Part shown: piece after piece, positions 1-13,297 of the stretch
Layout: every line of letters begins with the position of its first letter
How positions within the stretch are numbered: the stretch's first letter is position 1
Source: Eledone cirrhosa
Lineage: Eukaryota
NCBI GenBank assembly: GCA_964016885.1
Contig: OZ024741.1
Location: 404,364,001-404,428,000, forward strand
Direction of reading: 5' to 3'
DNA: 64,000 bases
Notes under the pieces: model-generated
What the model was told of the DNA's origin: nothing
Database searches by the model: none
The model's input: the letters and a program-made list of their open reading frames with translations, nothing else
Made by a program: the position numbers and the translations under genes

Positions 1-198
1 TCATATATACTATGCACAAACGGTACAACGAAGAATCTGGTATATCTGGAAGATTTTTTTTACTGTTTTTTGTATCACACAGACACCACGGACTCGCCTC
101 ATACTGTAACCAGATAAACATCCAATACAGTCATTTTCTCTTTTACCTGTCTTCTCTTATCATCTGTTTACCCGGGCGAAGCTGGGTACGTCAGCTAG
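1..198 (+). mobile_element. 3' end of a non-autonomous Helitron-like element
   Basis: GC-rich hairpin CCCGGGCGAAGCTGGG (171-186) followed by CTAG|T (195-199), the canonical Helitron 3' terminus; the 5' part presumably lies outside the window. Confidence 0.5.
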
Positions 199-218
199 TT
201 ATTATTAATTACCAAGAG

Positions 219-830
219 GACGGTGGATTGGCGGTATCGGTAGAGCGCTGGACGACATGTTTTGTGGCATACAGTTACGTCTCTTTACGATGTGAGTTCA
301 AATACCGCCGAAGCTAACTCTGCCTTTCATCCGGACTTGATTGATAAAATAACGCACAGAGGTCAATTTAATCGATATTTCCATTCCTCCAAAGTTGATA
401 TTGTGCCTAAATCAGAAGATATTATTATTTACTATCAGGGCGGTGAATTGGCAGTATCGGTAGAGGGCTGGACGCCATGCTTTCTAGCATAGTTACGTCC
501 CTTTACGGTCTGAGTTCAAATCCCGCCAAGGTTAACTTTGCCTTTCATCCGTACGGGGTCGATAAAATAAAGTACCAGTAATACACTGGGTAATTGCTGG
601 CCTTGTGCCTAAAGTAGAAACAATTATTTACTATGAGGGGTGTGATTTGGCAGTATCGGTAGAGCGTCAGACAAAGTTTTATTGCAGAGTTACGTCTTTC
701 AGCTCGAATCCCGCCGAGGTTAGCTTTGCCTTTTATTCTTACAGGGCCGATAAAATAAAATAACAGTAATGCACTGGGGTTCATTTAATCATCTTGCTCA
801 TTCCCCCCAATTGTTGGTCTTGTGCTTAAC
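219..830 (+). mobile_element. three head-to-tail copies of tRNA-derived SINE family 1 (Meta/MESC-like central domain)
   Basis: Units start near 219, 439 and 637. Each has a box A-like TGGCAGTATCGG, usually a box B-like GTTCAAATCC, a core GCCTTTCATCCTTACGGGGTCGATAAAATAAAGTACCAG and a tail TTGTGCCTAAAGTAGAAACAATTATT. Confidence 0.85.
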
Positions 831-1214
831 TCTTATTATAATTCCTGGATTTTGTACCGTGTAGTTTAATCACTCGGTAGGTTTAGTTTAGAATTATCGA
901 ATATTTGACAGTTACATCGTATAAGTGTTACTTATTTCACGATGAAACTGACATTGGGTGACGGGGAGGGTCAGTTTATCTTTTTAACAAACTAAGAATG
1001 AAACATTGTCTTGCCTAAAAACAAAATTTAAAAATGTACCCCCCCCCCCGAAAGAAAATTGAATCAATACCACTGCTTATCATGATAGAAGATGAGAGTG
1101 GGTCGATAAGTGAGGCTAGGAGTCTGAGAATCGGCTCAAATAGCATCGCTACCACTATCATCATCAACGCTAGCACCTGCACTATCAGTAGAGCTAACAC
1201 CGACATCACTATCC

Positions 1215-1446
1215 CTATCTCATCACCATCAATACTTCACCAACACCAACATCTCCACCAGCACCAGCACCACCAGCACCACCGCCAGCACCAGCACCAC
1301 CACCACCACCACCACCAACACCACTACCATCACTATCACTATCATCACTACCACCACCATCAGACGAACGACAACAACCCAAGACAAGTCTTATGCACAA
1401 GAAGAAGAAGAAGAAGAAGAAGAAGAAGAAGAAGAAGAAGAAGAAG
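1215..1446. repeat. (CAC/CAT)n low-complexity tract plus (AAG)n microsatellite
   Basis: Direct reading of the sequence. Confidence 0.95.
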
Positions 1447-1654
1447 ACACTTATGATTCGTTGCCTTTGTGGCCATTGCTGTTTTTAAGGACGCAACTTC
1501 TGAAATATGGTAACTACGGTTACTAACTTGCTTTACTTTTATGTCCTAATTTTGTACCCTTTAATAACACACCAACGTCACCATAACCCATGTAGGATCT
1601 ATCATTCCTAAAGACTGGATCATTACCTTGATTAATGTAACATGTAGGATCTAT

Positions 1655-2100
1655 TATTGGTTTCTTATATAGGGACAATGCCAGCAATTTTTTTTTTTGG
1701 GGGGGGGGATTCGATTAAATCGACCCCAGTGCGTGACTGGTATTTTATTTTATCGACCACGTAAGGATGAAAGGCAAAGTTAACTTTGGTCGGATTTGAA
1801 ATCAGATCACAAAGGGCCGTAACTCTTTGCTGCAAAGCATGGCGTCCGATCCTCTTCCGATATTGCCAATCCACCACCCTTGTCGGATCTATTATTACTA
1901 CCATAGTACGGTAGATTGGCAGTATCGGTAGAGGGTTGGACGCCATGCTTTGCAGCAAAGAGTTACGGCCCTTTATGATCTGAGTTCTAATCCCGCCGAG
2001 GTTAACTTTGCCTTTCATCCTTACGGGGTCGATAAAATAAACTACCAGTAATACACTGGGGTAATTGCTGGCCTTGTGATAAAAGTAGAAACAATTATTA
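1655..2100. mobile_element. divergent pair of SINE family 1 copies (1655-1878 minus, 1910-2100 plus)
   Basis: Same box A, box B and core motifs as 439-628, on opposite strands. Confidence 0.85.
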
Positions 2101-2842
2101 CTACCATTATATCATTCCTAAAGACTGTGGTATGTCCTTGATTAATGTAACGTGTTATCTCCCAACAAGTTTTCGTTTCACGGGATTATAGTTCAGTTGG
2201 GTAAAACTAATTGTATCTGTTAGTGTATGAAAAACACTTTGGTTGGGTAGATGAGCGAACATCGTTAACAATTGAACCTCAACGTTGTCGTTTGATATGA
2301 TGTAAACAACAGCCAAATTTCTCTCAAACCACATCTACCTTACAAAATATAAGGTGACATTCGAAAAGGATATTGTCTAACCTTGAAAACAATTGGGATA
2401 GTTACAGCTTCCAAGTCTTTCTTTATAGGCAAGTGGTTGGCAATGTGAACAGTAAATAATAATAAAAACACAGAGGGACCACGAAAATACAATAGTATAT
2501 ATAGAGCATCAGACTGATAAAATGACAAGCCAGTCAATCATATTGGTGGCCTTCCCGCAGCTCCGGCGGACAGAATGGAGAAGGCGTGTCCCCGGAGGAC
2601 GGTAAGGGAGACGAGCTGGAAAAGCCATTCCAGCTCACAAGGCTCACACCTGCGGCTGGCCAGCTCAGCGCCTGTGGTGGTGAGTAGGGAGGTAGCCCTA
2701 GGCCCGAGCACACCAGAAGTCTCCACTGCCAAGTGGTTATGGATGGCTTTGGCTGACAATCACCTGTCCATCTGAATATGAGATTTTGTGGGTTTAAATC
2801 AAAATATAACAGTATTGATATTTACTCAGGCACTAGCCCCAG

Positions 2843-3135
2843 TGTGAAGGTGCATGGCTTAGTGGTTAGAGCATTGGACTTGCAATCGAAAAGTTGTGAT
2901 TTCAATTCTCGGACCGGGTGATGTGTTGTTTCCTTGAGCAAGACACTTTATTTCACATTGCTCCAGTTTACTCAGCTGTAGAAATGAGATGATAGGACTG
3001 GGGTCCCCATCATTAAATTACCCAAGACACTTCCAACGAGATATACCTTGAAGGAGGCCAGCTAAACCTGTATAGGTGTGAGTTGTCACACACACACACA
3101 CACACACATAGGTGTGAGTTATCACACACACACAG
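2843..3135 (+). mobile_element. tRNA-derived CORE-type SINE (family 2) with (CA)n tail
   Basis: Box A TGGCTTAGTGG; box B-like TTCAATTC; CORE-like TCCTTGAGCAAGACACTT...TTGCTCCAG. Similar copies at 6013-6300 (+), 46685-46960 (-) and 61430-61680 (-). Confidence 0.8.
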
Positions 3136-3675
3136 GGGCAGGGTTGACACCTTTCCATCTGAAAATGAGATTTTGTGGGTTTAAATCAAACTGTAACAGT
3201 ATTGATATATACTCAGGCACTAGTCCCAGTAGGTGTAGTAGTATGACTACAATAGTGATCGGAATATATTACTGGTAGAAACAAAAATGAGAACGAAAGA
3301 CAAATATATATGGAATTTGAACTGACAACTAAACAATCTATGTATATTCCTTCTCTCTGTTGCCTCGGCTACCAACACCGCTTTATCAAATATATTCATA
3401 TAAGGTTATCAAAACAACGTCAGTGAATCGTTACCACTTACAGCACAGAAAACCAGGTGAGTAGATATAGGAGATATAGTGTAAGTTATTCTCTCCATCT
3501 CTGCTGGTACTTGATATCGCACTGCAGATTGTGCAGTGCTTCTTTATAATTTATGCCAATCAATATCATTGCACCATTCTATACGACTCGTAATGTAACT
3601 ATAAATATTTCTGTCTGTCCCTTCATTTGTTCTAACTATAACATTAACCAAGAGATAGGTAGACATTATTATCAA

Positions 3676-3732
<57 letters not shown>

Positions 3733-3733
3733 G

Positions 3734-3968
3734 AGGGCGGTGGATTGGCAGTATCGGTAGAGGGTCGGACGCCATGCTTTCACGCATTGAGTTACAGCCC
3801 TTGCCATTCTGAGTTCAAATACCGCCAAAATTAACTTTGCCTTTCATCCTTAGGGTGTCGATAAAATAAAGTACCAGTCGCACACTGGGTTCGATTTAAT
3901 CGACTTTCCCCTCCCCCCAAATTGCTGGCCTTGTGCCTATATAAGAAACCAAAGGTGGAAACAATTAT
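3734..3968 (+). mobile_element. SINE family 1 copy preceded by (TAT)n
   Basis: Full head, core and tail motifs; (TAT)n at 3666-3731. Confidence 0.85.
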
Positions 3969-4377
3969 TATGAAGACAGGTAATGTTAAAAACATCAACA
4001 GATTTAAAATAGAAGTTTATTTATTTTCACCACCAATAATTAAGACAATTTAAACCCTAACCTTAACCCTAACCCGGACCCAACACTAACACCATTTATA
4101 TTTACCGGGGACCGGTAAAATAAGCTTAAAAAACATGTTTGTCTATTTTACCGGGACCAGGAAAGTAGCCTATTCTTAATATAAAATAAATGAGATAAAT
4201 AATTAAAATAAGGGTAAAATAAGGGGAGTCAGTAAATTGACAGGTTAATACCATTGAATTAAATCCCTTCAATTATATTTAGTGGTATTTCTCCTTGTTT
4301 AAATCGTTCCTGAACTAGCTTTAATACAAACCTATTGTAAGTCAATTCAATACCAGTAATACAAGGTTACTCTGTGT

Positions 4378-4945
4378 TTTGGTGATTCATGGGTGGTGTA
4401 TTGACAGTAGATTCGGTAGAGTATGGGGCATATTTTGGTGATTCATGGGTGGTGTATTGACAGTAGATTCGGTAGAGTATGGGGCATATTTTGGTGATTC
4501 ATGGGTGGTGTATTGACAGTAGATTCGGTAGAGTATGGGGCATATTTTGGTGATTCATGGGTGGTGTATTGACAGTAGATTCGGTAGAGTATGGGGCATA
4601 TTTTGGTGATTCATGGGTGGTGTATTGACAGTAGATTCGGTAGAGTATGGGGCATATTTTGGTGATTCATGGGTGGTGTATTGACAGTAGATTCGGTAGA
4701 GTATGGGGCATATTTTGGTGATTCATGGGTGGTGTATTGACAGTAGATTCGGTAGAGTATCGGGCATATTTTGCAGCATATATTTACCGTCCTTTACGTT
4801 CTGAGTTCTAATGTGCTTCAGGTTAACTTTGCCTTTGACACTTACAGGGTTGATAACATAAAGTACCAGTAATGTACTGGGTCACTTTAATTCACTTTCC
4901 TCTCCCTCCAAATTGTTGGCCTTGTGTTTCAATCAGAAACGTTAT
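4378..4945 (+). repeat. 56-bp tandem repeat (7 copies) built from a SINE family 1 head, followed by the SINE body
   Basis: GGTGATTCATGGGTGGTGTATTGACAGTAGATTCGGTAGAGTATGGGGCATATTTT recurs at 4381, 4437, 4493, 4549, 4605, 4661 and 4717. The last unit runs into CTGAGTTCTAA...GCCTTT...AAGTACCAG. Confidence 0.9.
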
Positions 4946-5287
4946 TTGGTGATTTAAATCTTGATGTGTTTCCGGTTAAATTGAAATTTAGTTTATATTT
5001 CATATTTCCTCTACAGTCGTATCTATGAGCTGTTTTTACAGGATTGCATCATGTAGGATACAAATCTCAATCCAAATCAAGGGCCTTCCCACACCTGTTG
5101 GAGGAAATCCCTCCCTGGTTGACCTCCACTGGGCCATGTGGAGCTGAGGTACCGAGTCCGACCCTCGTACCATTCTGCCTTTGGCCGCCATTTAGTGCAT
5201 CACCACTGACTAGCCTGGTGTCAACTCTGTGACCCTAATAATCCATCTGTTGTCTCTGAGATGAGAGACGTGGCCCTTGTATATTAA

Positions 5288-5724
5288 CCCTTTAGCATTT
5301 AAACCGGCCATATCCGGCCAGAATTATTCTCTCACCCCTTTCTGTTCAAACCGGCTGTAACTGGCCCCACATACTGATGTTAAGGTATTGTTCTCAAAAT
5401 AAATAATAACAAAATCTCATAGAGTCAATATTTTGTGAGATATTATGTGAGGTAAAGCCTTTACCACAAACATACAATAGTGTGTATAGAGTAATGTAAA
5501 TTTTATGTGATATATTATGTGAGGTAAAGCCTTTACCACAAACATACAATAGCATGTACAGAGTAATGTAAATGTTATGTGAGATATTATGTGAGGTAAA
5601 GTCTTTACCATGAAAATATAACAGTAAATATAGAGTAATGTAAATGTTATGTGATATTATGTGAGGTAAAGCCTTTACTGTGAAAATACAATAGTATATA
5701 TAGAGTAATGTAAATGCTAAAGGG
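5288..5724. mobile_element. piggyBac-type MITE with internal ~68-bp tandem repeats
   Basis: TTAA|CCCTTTAGCATTTA ... TAAATGCTAAAGGG|TTAA: 14-bp terminal inverted repeat with a TTAA target duplication. Confidence 0.8.
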
Positions 5725-6012
5725 TTAAATCTTCATTCTAGATCCGATAAAATGAGTATAACAGAAAAGAAACAGAATGATATATTTAGGGACAATGAAT
5801 GTGAGACAGAGGAGGAGACAGGAATTATGCTCGATATATTCCATTCAGATTTCTTTAGTTACTAAGAACGATCTAGTCTGATTACGTTTAAATGGCGGTG
5901 CTATGTAATTTATTCCTCATTTACTATTTTCCTTGGATCAGCAATTTCTGTGAGTTTGTGCCTGATAAAGAGGAGCTGAATAAAGACGGTCAGCTTATTC
6001 AAGTATATATTT

Positions 6013-6300
6013 GTGAAGGCGCATCACTTAGTGGTTAGAGCATTGGGTTTGCAATCGAAAGATTGTGAGTTCAATTCTCGGACCGGGTGATGTGTTATTT
6101 CCTTGAACAAGACACTTTATTCCACGTTGCTCCAGTTTACTGAGCTGTAGAAATAAGATGATAGGACTGGGGTCCCTATCATTAAATTACTCAAGACACC
6201 TTCAACGAGATATACCTTCGGGGAGGCCAACTAAACCTGTATAGGTGTCGGCTGTCTCACACACACACACACACACATAGGTGTGAGCTGTCACACATAT
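6013..6300 (+). mobile_element. CORE-type SINE family 2 copy
   Basis: Co-linear similarity to 2843-3135. Confidence 0.8.
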
Positions 6301-6612
6301 ATATTTGACGACTGGTCATCGTGTTTCATAAGATACAATCCATCTCCTGTGTTGGGGTCACATAGGACTTTAGATTGGCAGAATTGGTAGAGCGTCGGAC
6401 AATATGCTTCCTGGCATAGAGTTACGGCTCTTGATGTTTTTATTTCAAATCTCGCCGAGATCAGCTTCAACTTTCATCCTTTCGCAGGTGATAAAATAAA
6501 GTACCAGTAACACACTGGAGTCAAAATACTCGACTCTCTCCACATCAAAATTGTTGGCCTGGTGCCTAAATCAGAAACCATTATGTTGTTGTTCCACTTG
6601 TGTTTTCTCATA

Positions 6613-7299
6613 TCTATATATATAAAGTTGTATTCCTGTCTGTCTGTTTGTTCACGAACTCCTCCTATGGTTTTGGAGATAGACCGCCATAACCATATAT
6701 ATTCTGAAACTACATTGCCCAGGGTACTTGGATAAGTATATTTCATTTTAATCAAAGGGTTCCCCGGGGGCAAAAACCCCCGCTGAAATTTGTTTACCTT
6801 CGATTTATGTGAAATTTAAACCATGGGTAAATGACAAGATATGATGCCTAATTACAAAAGTTTTGAATTGATATTTTGAAAAAATTTTGAAAAAGATAAG
6901 ATTTAATAAAGTAATTTTGATTTGATATGTTACAAAAAATAATTGTTTTAACTTTAGGCACAAGGCCAGCAAATACCCAGTGCATTACTGGTACTTTATT
7001 TTATCGACCCCGTAAGGATGAAAGGCAGAGTCAACCTCGGCGGGATTTGAACTCAGATCGTAAAGGGACGTAACTATTCTGGAAAGCATGGCGTCCGACC
7101 CTCTACCGATACTGCCAATCCACCGCCCTTATTATATTACAAAAAATAATGTTTTCCAATTTTTCATTCATTACATTTTACATTGAGTAATATTGAAATG
7201 CAGAGTTTTTCTCATTAAATTATTTCACTGATTTAAAATCAATCATTTTCTTACAAAAGAAATGTGTGAAACACAGCAAGGCGCGGGTAATTCGGCTAG
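6613..7299 (+). mobile_element. non-autonomous Helitron-like element with a nested SINE family 1 copy (6940-7128, minus)
   Basis: 5' A|TCTATATATATAAA with (GTCT)n and 3' GC-rich segment then CTAG|T. The SINE is flanked by a duplicated TTACAAAAAATAAT. Confidence 0.6.
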
Positions 7300-7559
7300 T
7301 AGATATCATAAATGGTATTTACTGAATGAGTATCGCTTTTAACATGTAACGGAGATGATAAAGTGATATCTATTTTCAAGTAAATAAAAATGATATGTTT
7401 ATACAATTAAATGCATCAAATATTTATTTACTATAGAAATTTGAATATATTTAATATATGTGTTCATGTAAATATATTTATGTAGAGAGGGAAACACACA
7501 CAGATACACATAAATATATACAAACATGTATGTATATATATATATATATATATATATGG

Positions 7560-7627
<68 letters not shown>

Positions 7628-7871
7628 ATGTGTGTGTATACATACATATTTGCATACACACATACTCACATACGTGTACACACCCACACACTCGCACATA
7701 TATGATAAACAGGGGTGGTTGAAATGGCGAAAGGAGCAACAACAATATTTTCTCCCCAAACTACCCAAACAAACATCTATTTGTAATTGTGATGCAATTT
7801 ATATACATGCTAAGTAGAGACAGAGGGGAGAGCTTGATATAAGGAGGGGGAGAGTTTGGTGGTAATTGATA

Positions 7872-10800
7872 TAAATTTCTATTTATTTGCCACCAGGGCA
7901 TCAAAGATTGGGACAAATACAAAGTGGGGAGTTTACATACATTTAAAAAGACGTGTAAAAAAACGTAAAACAAATTAAATTTAACAATCAATGTACTCAA
8001 TAGGGAGGGGGCGTTGACATGGGTCGCACACACCCTCGAAAAAATGTGCAACCCTCCACTTCAGGAGCACAAAGAGCGGGTGCTTCCTTCCTCTTCTCAT
8101 TCTTCTCCTCTCTCACCTACAGGCTGATATAGAGTGATGGCCCATTCACTCGGGCCATTCTCGCTACTTTCACCCACCTTTCATAAAACTTGCTGGGGTA
8201 GAGCACCTCTCTCTCCATTCTGATCCATCTTCTAAAGTGGTACTTGAAAAAAAAGACCAGTTGTTGGCCGGAGAGAAAGGTGTCTGACCTCAGCCCTTTC
8301 AACCTTGTCCACCATACCACTTCTTTCGCCATAGCTATCACACAGAGGGAAACCGCCTCTCCTTCGTTTTTGAAAGGGGGAGGCGGTTTGATTGTGACAA
8401 TATTCTCGGTGGTCAACCGGATTGGTCCCACCCGCGACAGTAGTCGTTCCACATAGCCCCACAGGTCAGCAACGCCCGGGCAATGTACGAATGCGTGTGC
8501 GACGGTTTCCTCGTCACGCACGCATCTCGGACAGATCTTTTTCGAGGGGTCCCTACCCGGGCGCCCGTGTCTGTAGAACTTGTCCCGAACGGGTAGAGCT
8601 CCTCGGTAACATTGCCAAGTCAGGGACTTTTGGAAGTTGTCCATCGGTCCCGGGCCAAACGTCCTACCGAACAGACTGGCCAGCTCATCTTCCTCCATGC
8701 CCAGAGCCTCTCCGAGAGCGTCGTCGCACTTACTGCGCACCAACCCTCTATAGAATGTTGAGCTTGAGTCTCCACTGATTGCCGGATCCGCTTGCCAGAG
8801 GGCCGTGAGCGCCTGGGCACATTCAATGTGCCAGTCGCCCACTTTTCTCGGTCTTTGCTTGACCCAGGATTGCAGCTCAGTGAGTGAGACGAGTCTCGGA
8901 AAGGCTCGCCTCACAAACAGGGCCCACACCGGCTGACCGGTGAGGAAAACCTGGAGGTGCCGTAGCCTTAATGCGTGTCTACGCATCGTCAGCCACGGCA
9001 ACCCCAGCCCTCCGTTCGAAGGGTGTTGACAGCAGATGGATCTTCTCACCAAAGGAGCTCGCTTCTTCCAAAGAAATGGGAAGAGCGCGCGCTCCATTTT
9101 GGCGAGTGTTTTCTCTGGGCAAGGCACGACGGTCAAGCGGTAGTAGATGACGGACGCTATATAAGCGTTCGCCACCTCCGCTCGACCTTTCAGGGATAAT
9201 TTGCACTCGGCCGACTTCTGGGAGAGTGCAAACCCCTTGCCCGTTACCTCGTCCCAGTTTTTCTCCACCTGAAGGTACGGTCCGAACCAGACCCCGAGCA
9301 GCTTCACCGGGCCCTCCGTCCAGGGTCCGACGAATCCGTCGGAGGGTATCGTTTTGCCCCTCCACGTCCCGAGTTGCAAACCGACGGACTTGTCCCGGTT
9401 CAGCTTGGCTCCTGTGAACCTTTCATATTCCACCAGTAAGGTGCCGATCTGCCCGATTTCCAAGGTGCACGACACCATTACTGTCACGTCATCGGCGTAG
9501 GCCGACACCGCTTTCCGCAATCCCGGTTCCAAGGGGGATACCCTGCAACAGCTCCAGCTTCCGCAGTAGTGGCTCGAGAGCCAGCACATACAGGAGGGAG
9601 GAGAGATCGCGTGATTTGGAACGGCTCCGAGAGGTAGCCGTTCACCTTGACCCTCGAGCAGGTGTTGCTGCTGTGCATTGCAGCAATCCAGCACCTGAAA
9701 ACGGGTCCGAAGTCTGCCGCCGCGAGCACCGCATCCAGGTACCGATGGTCAACCCTATCGAACGCCTTAGATTGTTCCAAGTTGATCAGGGCCCCACCAA
9801 AGCCGGTTTCGTTCCCTACCCTCTCTACGATGTATCGCATGAGGTGGAGGTTGTCGTGTATGGACCTGGACGGGATTGCGCATGTCTGCGCTTCTCCCAC
9901 CAGGTTCCCGACGACAAGCGCCAACCTCTTCGCTAACACCTTGGCCACAATCTTTAACTCTCTGTTTAGCAGAGTTATGGGTCTGAAGTTATCTATATCA
10001 TCCCCTTTGTTCTCGTCCTTCCTCACCAGCGTGACTACGCCCTTGGTCACAGAACTGGGAATTCTCCCGTTCTGTTTCCAGTTGCAGTAGACCGCCTCGA
10101 GGAGACCGGACAACAAGCCCGGAATCGCTACATAAAGTTCGTATGGTAGACCATCGAGACCCGGAGATTTGCGTTTGCCGCATTGGCTCAGCGCTTCCCC
10201 TATTTCAGCGGCTGAAATCGGCCTCTCGCAGGACTTCGCCTCCCCGTCCGAGAGCCGCGCCAGACCGTCGAGGTATGGACCGAAATCCATGGCCCCACCC
10301 GGCTCTCCGCCCCTCCCGAACAGTCGTGCAAAGCGCCGTTGAAAGGCCGCACTCATCCGCTCAGGTTCAAGGATCACGCGTCCATCCTGGTCCTTCAAAG
10401 ACCGAATCGTGGACTTGTTTCCACTTTTTGCCTCTGTCACTCGGGCCCAGCTAACAGCTTTGGCTCCATCGTTACCCAGAGCACATATTTTACTCCTGAC
10501 AACGCAGCTCTCGTGCTTCGCATCAAAGAACTGGTCTAGGGCCGTTCTTGACGCCAGCACGCCGGCCACGTTGCCACTCCTAATCGCCTCTTCTACTCTA
10601 TTTGTTAATTCCCTTTCAGTTCTATTCCTATCTGATGCTAATTCCCGACTAAAACCTATCGATTCTATTCTAATTTCTCTCTTGAGAGAGCTCCACCACC
10701 TGCTGTTGACAATTGCTCCCGTCAAACGCTGCTTAACTAGTGTGCTAATCCGCTTACTGTAAGCTTTGTTGTCGGTAAAGACAAGTTTAGCTTCCAGTAA

Positions 10801-12034
10801 CCGGGTCCCTGTCACCAACTTGTGATCCGAATAGTCAACCATGAACATTCGTGGACAGCTTAATATGTCCTTATCCTTATTTCTAACTAGGAATCTATCT
10901 AGGTACGACCTAGATGTTCCGCTACGATTAGTCCACGTCCACAGTGGCACAGTCGGAAAATCTAGTCGATATCTATCGGCCAGATCAAATCGGCCGATTA
11001 ATCGTTTGAGGCTGTTACACCCCCCCCCTCTATCGGGACAGGCCTCTACATAGTCCCAACGTGCATCCAGGATACTATTCCTGTCCCCCACTAAAAGCAA
11101 GGAGCGAGACGTTCCCAGGAAAGTCTCCAGGCGTCGGAAGAAGTCCGGTCGCGGTGTCCCAGATGGGGCATACGCTGCTACCAGCCTGAAAGCTCCACCT
11201 TCACCACTGCCGACGTCTAAAACCACCAGTCGACCCTCCGGGTCCAGGTGTACCTTCTGTGTGGCAAGACCCAGATATTTTCGCAGCAGAACGACAACCC
11301 CACCCCCACCCCTCGGCTGACAGAGAGATGCGTAGATCTCAAAGTCGTCGAAGATGGGGGCCAGTTGGCGCTCGCTGCTGATCCTGGACTGGCAAATAAC
11401 CATTACATCCACTCTGTGCGACCTGAGGTCATTTAAGAGTTTGCCCTGTTTCCAGGACATCCCCAGGCCGCGTGCATTCACACATCCAACTCTTATATTG
11501 ACCATGTTGGTGCTGAAGAGTTAAAAAGGAAGAGGAAAGGAAATTTTTTTACAGTCTGTGCGAATGTTGTTTTGGTGTTGTTGTCTTTTTTGTTGCTGTC
11601 AATGTTGGTAATATTGTTCATGTTTTCCTTGATGTTGCTATTGTTGTAGTTGTTGGTTGTGGTGTTATTGTCATTGTTCTTGTTGTTGGTGCTGGTATTA
11701 TTTACCGGGTTTGGTTTCGTGGTTTCAATATTTTCAACGTTTTTTGATAATGCGAGAGGGGAAGGCTGCAAGCTTTGTACTCCTACCTTCCCTCCACCAC
11801 TTTTCTTAGTGGGCGTAGCACTCACGAGAGTGTGCGATGTGGAAATGGCATACATTGCTGATACCAAGTCTACACAGTTTTGAGATGATAATGAAAATTT
11901 CGCCCCAGAAAGGGGCGAAAATTAGTTGACTCAACGGCAAGGGGTTAAACTAAACAATGCTATTAAATTGAGCAATGAACTCACAGTTTTTTTACAATAA
12001 TCCGTAAAAGTCCGGAGCGAAGTAATTCACGTCT
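7872..12034 (-). mobile_element. L1/Tx1-clade LINE retrotransposon, both ends apparently present
   Basis: Minus strand begins AGACGTG (12034). It has a short ORF1 remnant, ORF2 with endonuclease, RT and Cys motif, and a 3' UTR with AATAAA (7882-7887). Confidence 0.9.
8117..11505 (-). pseudogene. disrupted LINE ORF2 (APE endonuclease, reverse transcriptase, C-terminal Cys-His motif)
   Basis: Endonuclease motifs CVNARGL, LVGDRN, SYLDRF, YSDH; RT motifs KSPGLDGL, NFRPITLLN, KAFDRVDH, AYADD; CPRC-x7-HAFVHC. The QG motif (xRQGCP) is deleted and frameshifts near 9520-9610 split the ORF. Confidence 0.92.
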
Positions 12035-12370
12035 ATATCGATTGTTAATTGATATAGAGAGGGGGATTGGAAGGGAGCGCCGTGTATTAGATATATACTG
12101 AGGGGGAGAGTTTAGTGTTAATTGATATAGAGAGGGGGATTGGAAGAGAGTACCCTGTAGCAGATATAGGGAGGGGGAGAATTTTGTGGTTATAGTTATA
12201 CAGAGAGGGCTTATGTGAGACTGCCCTGAAGTTGATATAGAGAGGGGGATAAGAGAGGTGGTGTCGTGGCAGATATAGAGAGGGATAGAGTTTAGTTTTA
12301 GTAGATACAGAGAGGGGGATTAATAGAGAGTTTTTTTGTGATAGACATAGAGAGGAGAAGAGTTTGGTGG
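12035..12370. repeat. degenerate purine-rich minisatellite flanking the LINE
   Basis: Recurrent GATATAGAGAGGGGGA / GAGAGTTT units; a related unit occurs at 7815-7872 on the other side of the LINE. Confidence 0.7.
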
Positions 12371-12886
12371 CACTCTCGGGTCCCAAATAATAGAAGGGGT
12401 GACAATAATGGGGGGAGGGCGGTTTCTTGGGAAATCAGTAATTGTATAGGGTACAATCGCAAATATGGGATTTCTTGTAATCTTCTTCTTTTGTCATATA
12501 TAATGTTTTTTAATGTAAAATAAAATTATTAGATTCTCCAGCTGTTGTATCAAAATGAATCACTTACAATAAGATTTTGCCGGAGATAGATTAGCAAAAT
12601 TTAATAAGTGTGTGTGTGTGGGGGGGGGGGGGGCAATAAGAACCGGGGTGGGTGGAATCTGACAAATTAATAAACGCGGGGTGTGGGTGATCATTGAAGA
12701 CCTGTGAGTACGTGAATTATTGACGGAGGTAAGAATGAAAACTCAATACCGAAGTAGAGTTTAAATATACATTTATTACGTCTAAGTCTTGTTACTCTGG
12801 AGTTTCAGCTGAGTACTCACCTGACAAGACTGGTGATCTGTGAGTATACAGGTGAAACTTTGGAGTAACAAAGCTCACCATTAGCC

Positions 12887-12962
<76 letters not shown>

Positions 12963-13079
12963 ATGTATATATGTATGTATATATGTATGTATGTAAAAGG
13001 TAAACAGAAATAACAACACAATCGGTACAGTATATGAAAGGTATATATTAGGTTAGCGCTTCATATAGCAGGGAGAGGG

Positions 13080-13115
13080 TCTTAACGTTTCGGACGCTAG
13101 TGCTTCATCAGAAGA
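13080..13115 (-). ncRNA. minimal type I hammerhead ribozyme motif in a ~210-bp interspersed repeat (12990-13198)
   Basis: Minus strand TCTT-CTGATGA-AGCACTAGCGTCC-GAAAC-GTT-AAGA; a second copy of the repeat lies at 49222-49428. Confidence 0.7.
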
Positions 13116-13230
13116 AAGAATGAGAAATAAGATAGATTGAGGGGACGGGCGGGTTGAAATTGGAAAAAATGTCTTTAGATAAAAATAACAGGTCCATTAA
13201 TACACACACACGCACGCACACACACACACA

Positions 13231-13297
<67 letters not shown>

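Noticed and set aside
439-530. tRNA genes at box A/box B motifs
   Set aside because: No cloverleaf; the motifs are heads of multi-copy SINEs with core, tail and target duplications.
2538-2760. GC-richer segments as host exons (also 5060-5230, 21080-21260, 62020-62190)
   Set aside because: They resemble one another in part, lack consistent splice signals and give no recognisable protein; probably old repeat fragments.
4378-4772. CRISPR-like regular array (also 45636-46241 and 56072-58819)
   Set aside because: Units are contiguous with no unique spacers and there are no cas genes; the context is eukaryotic.
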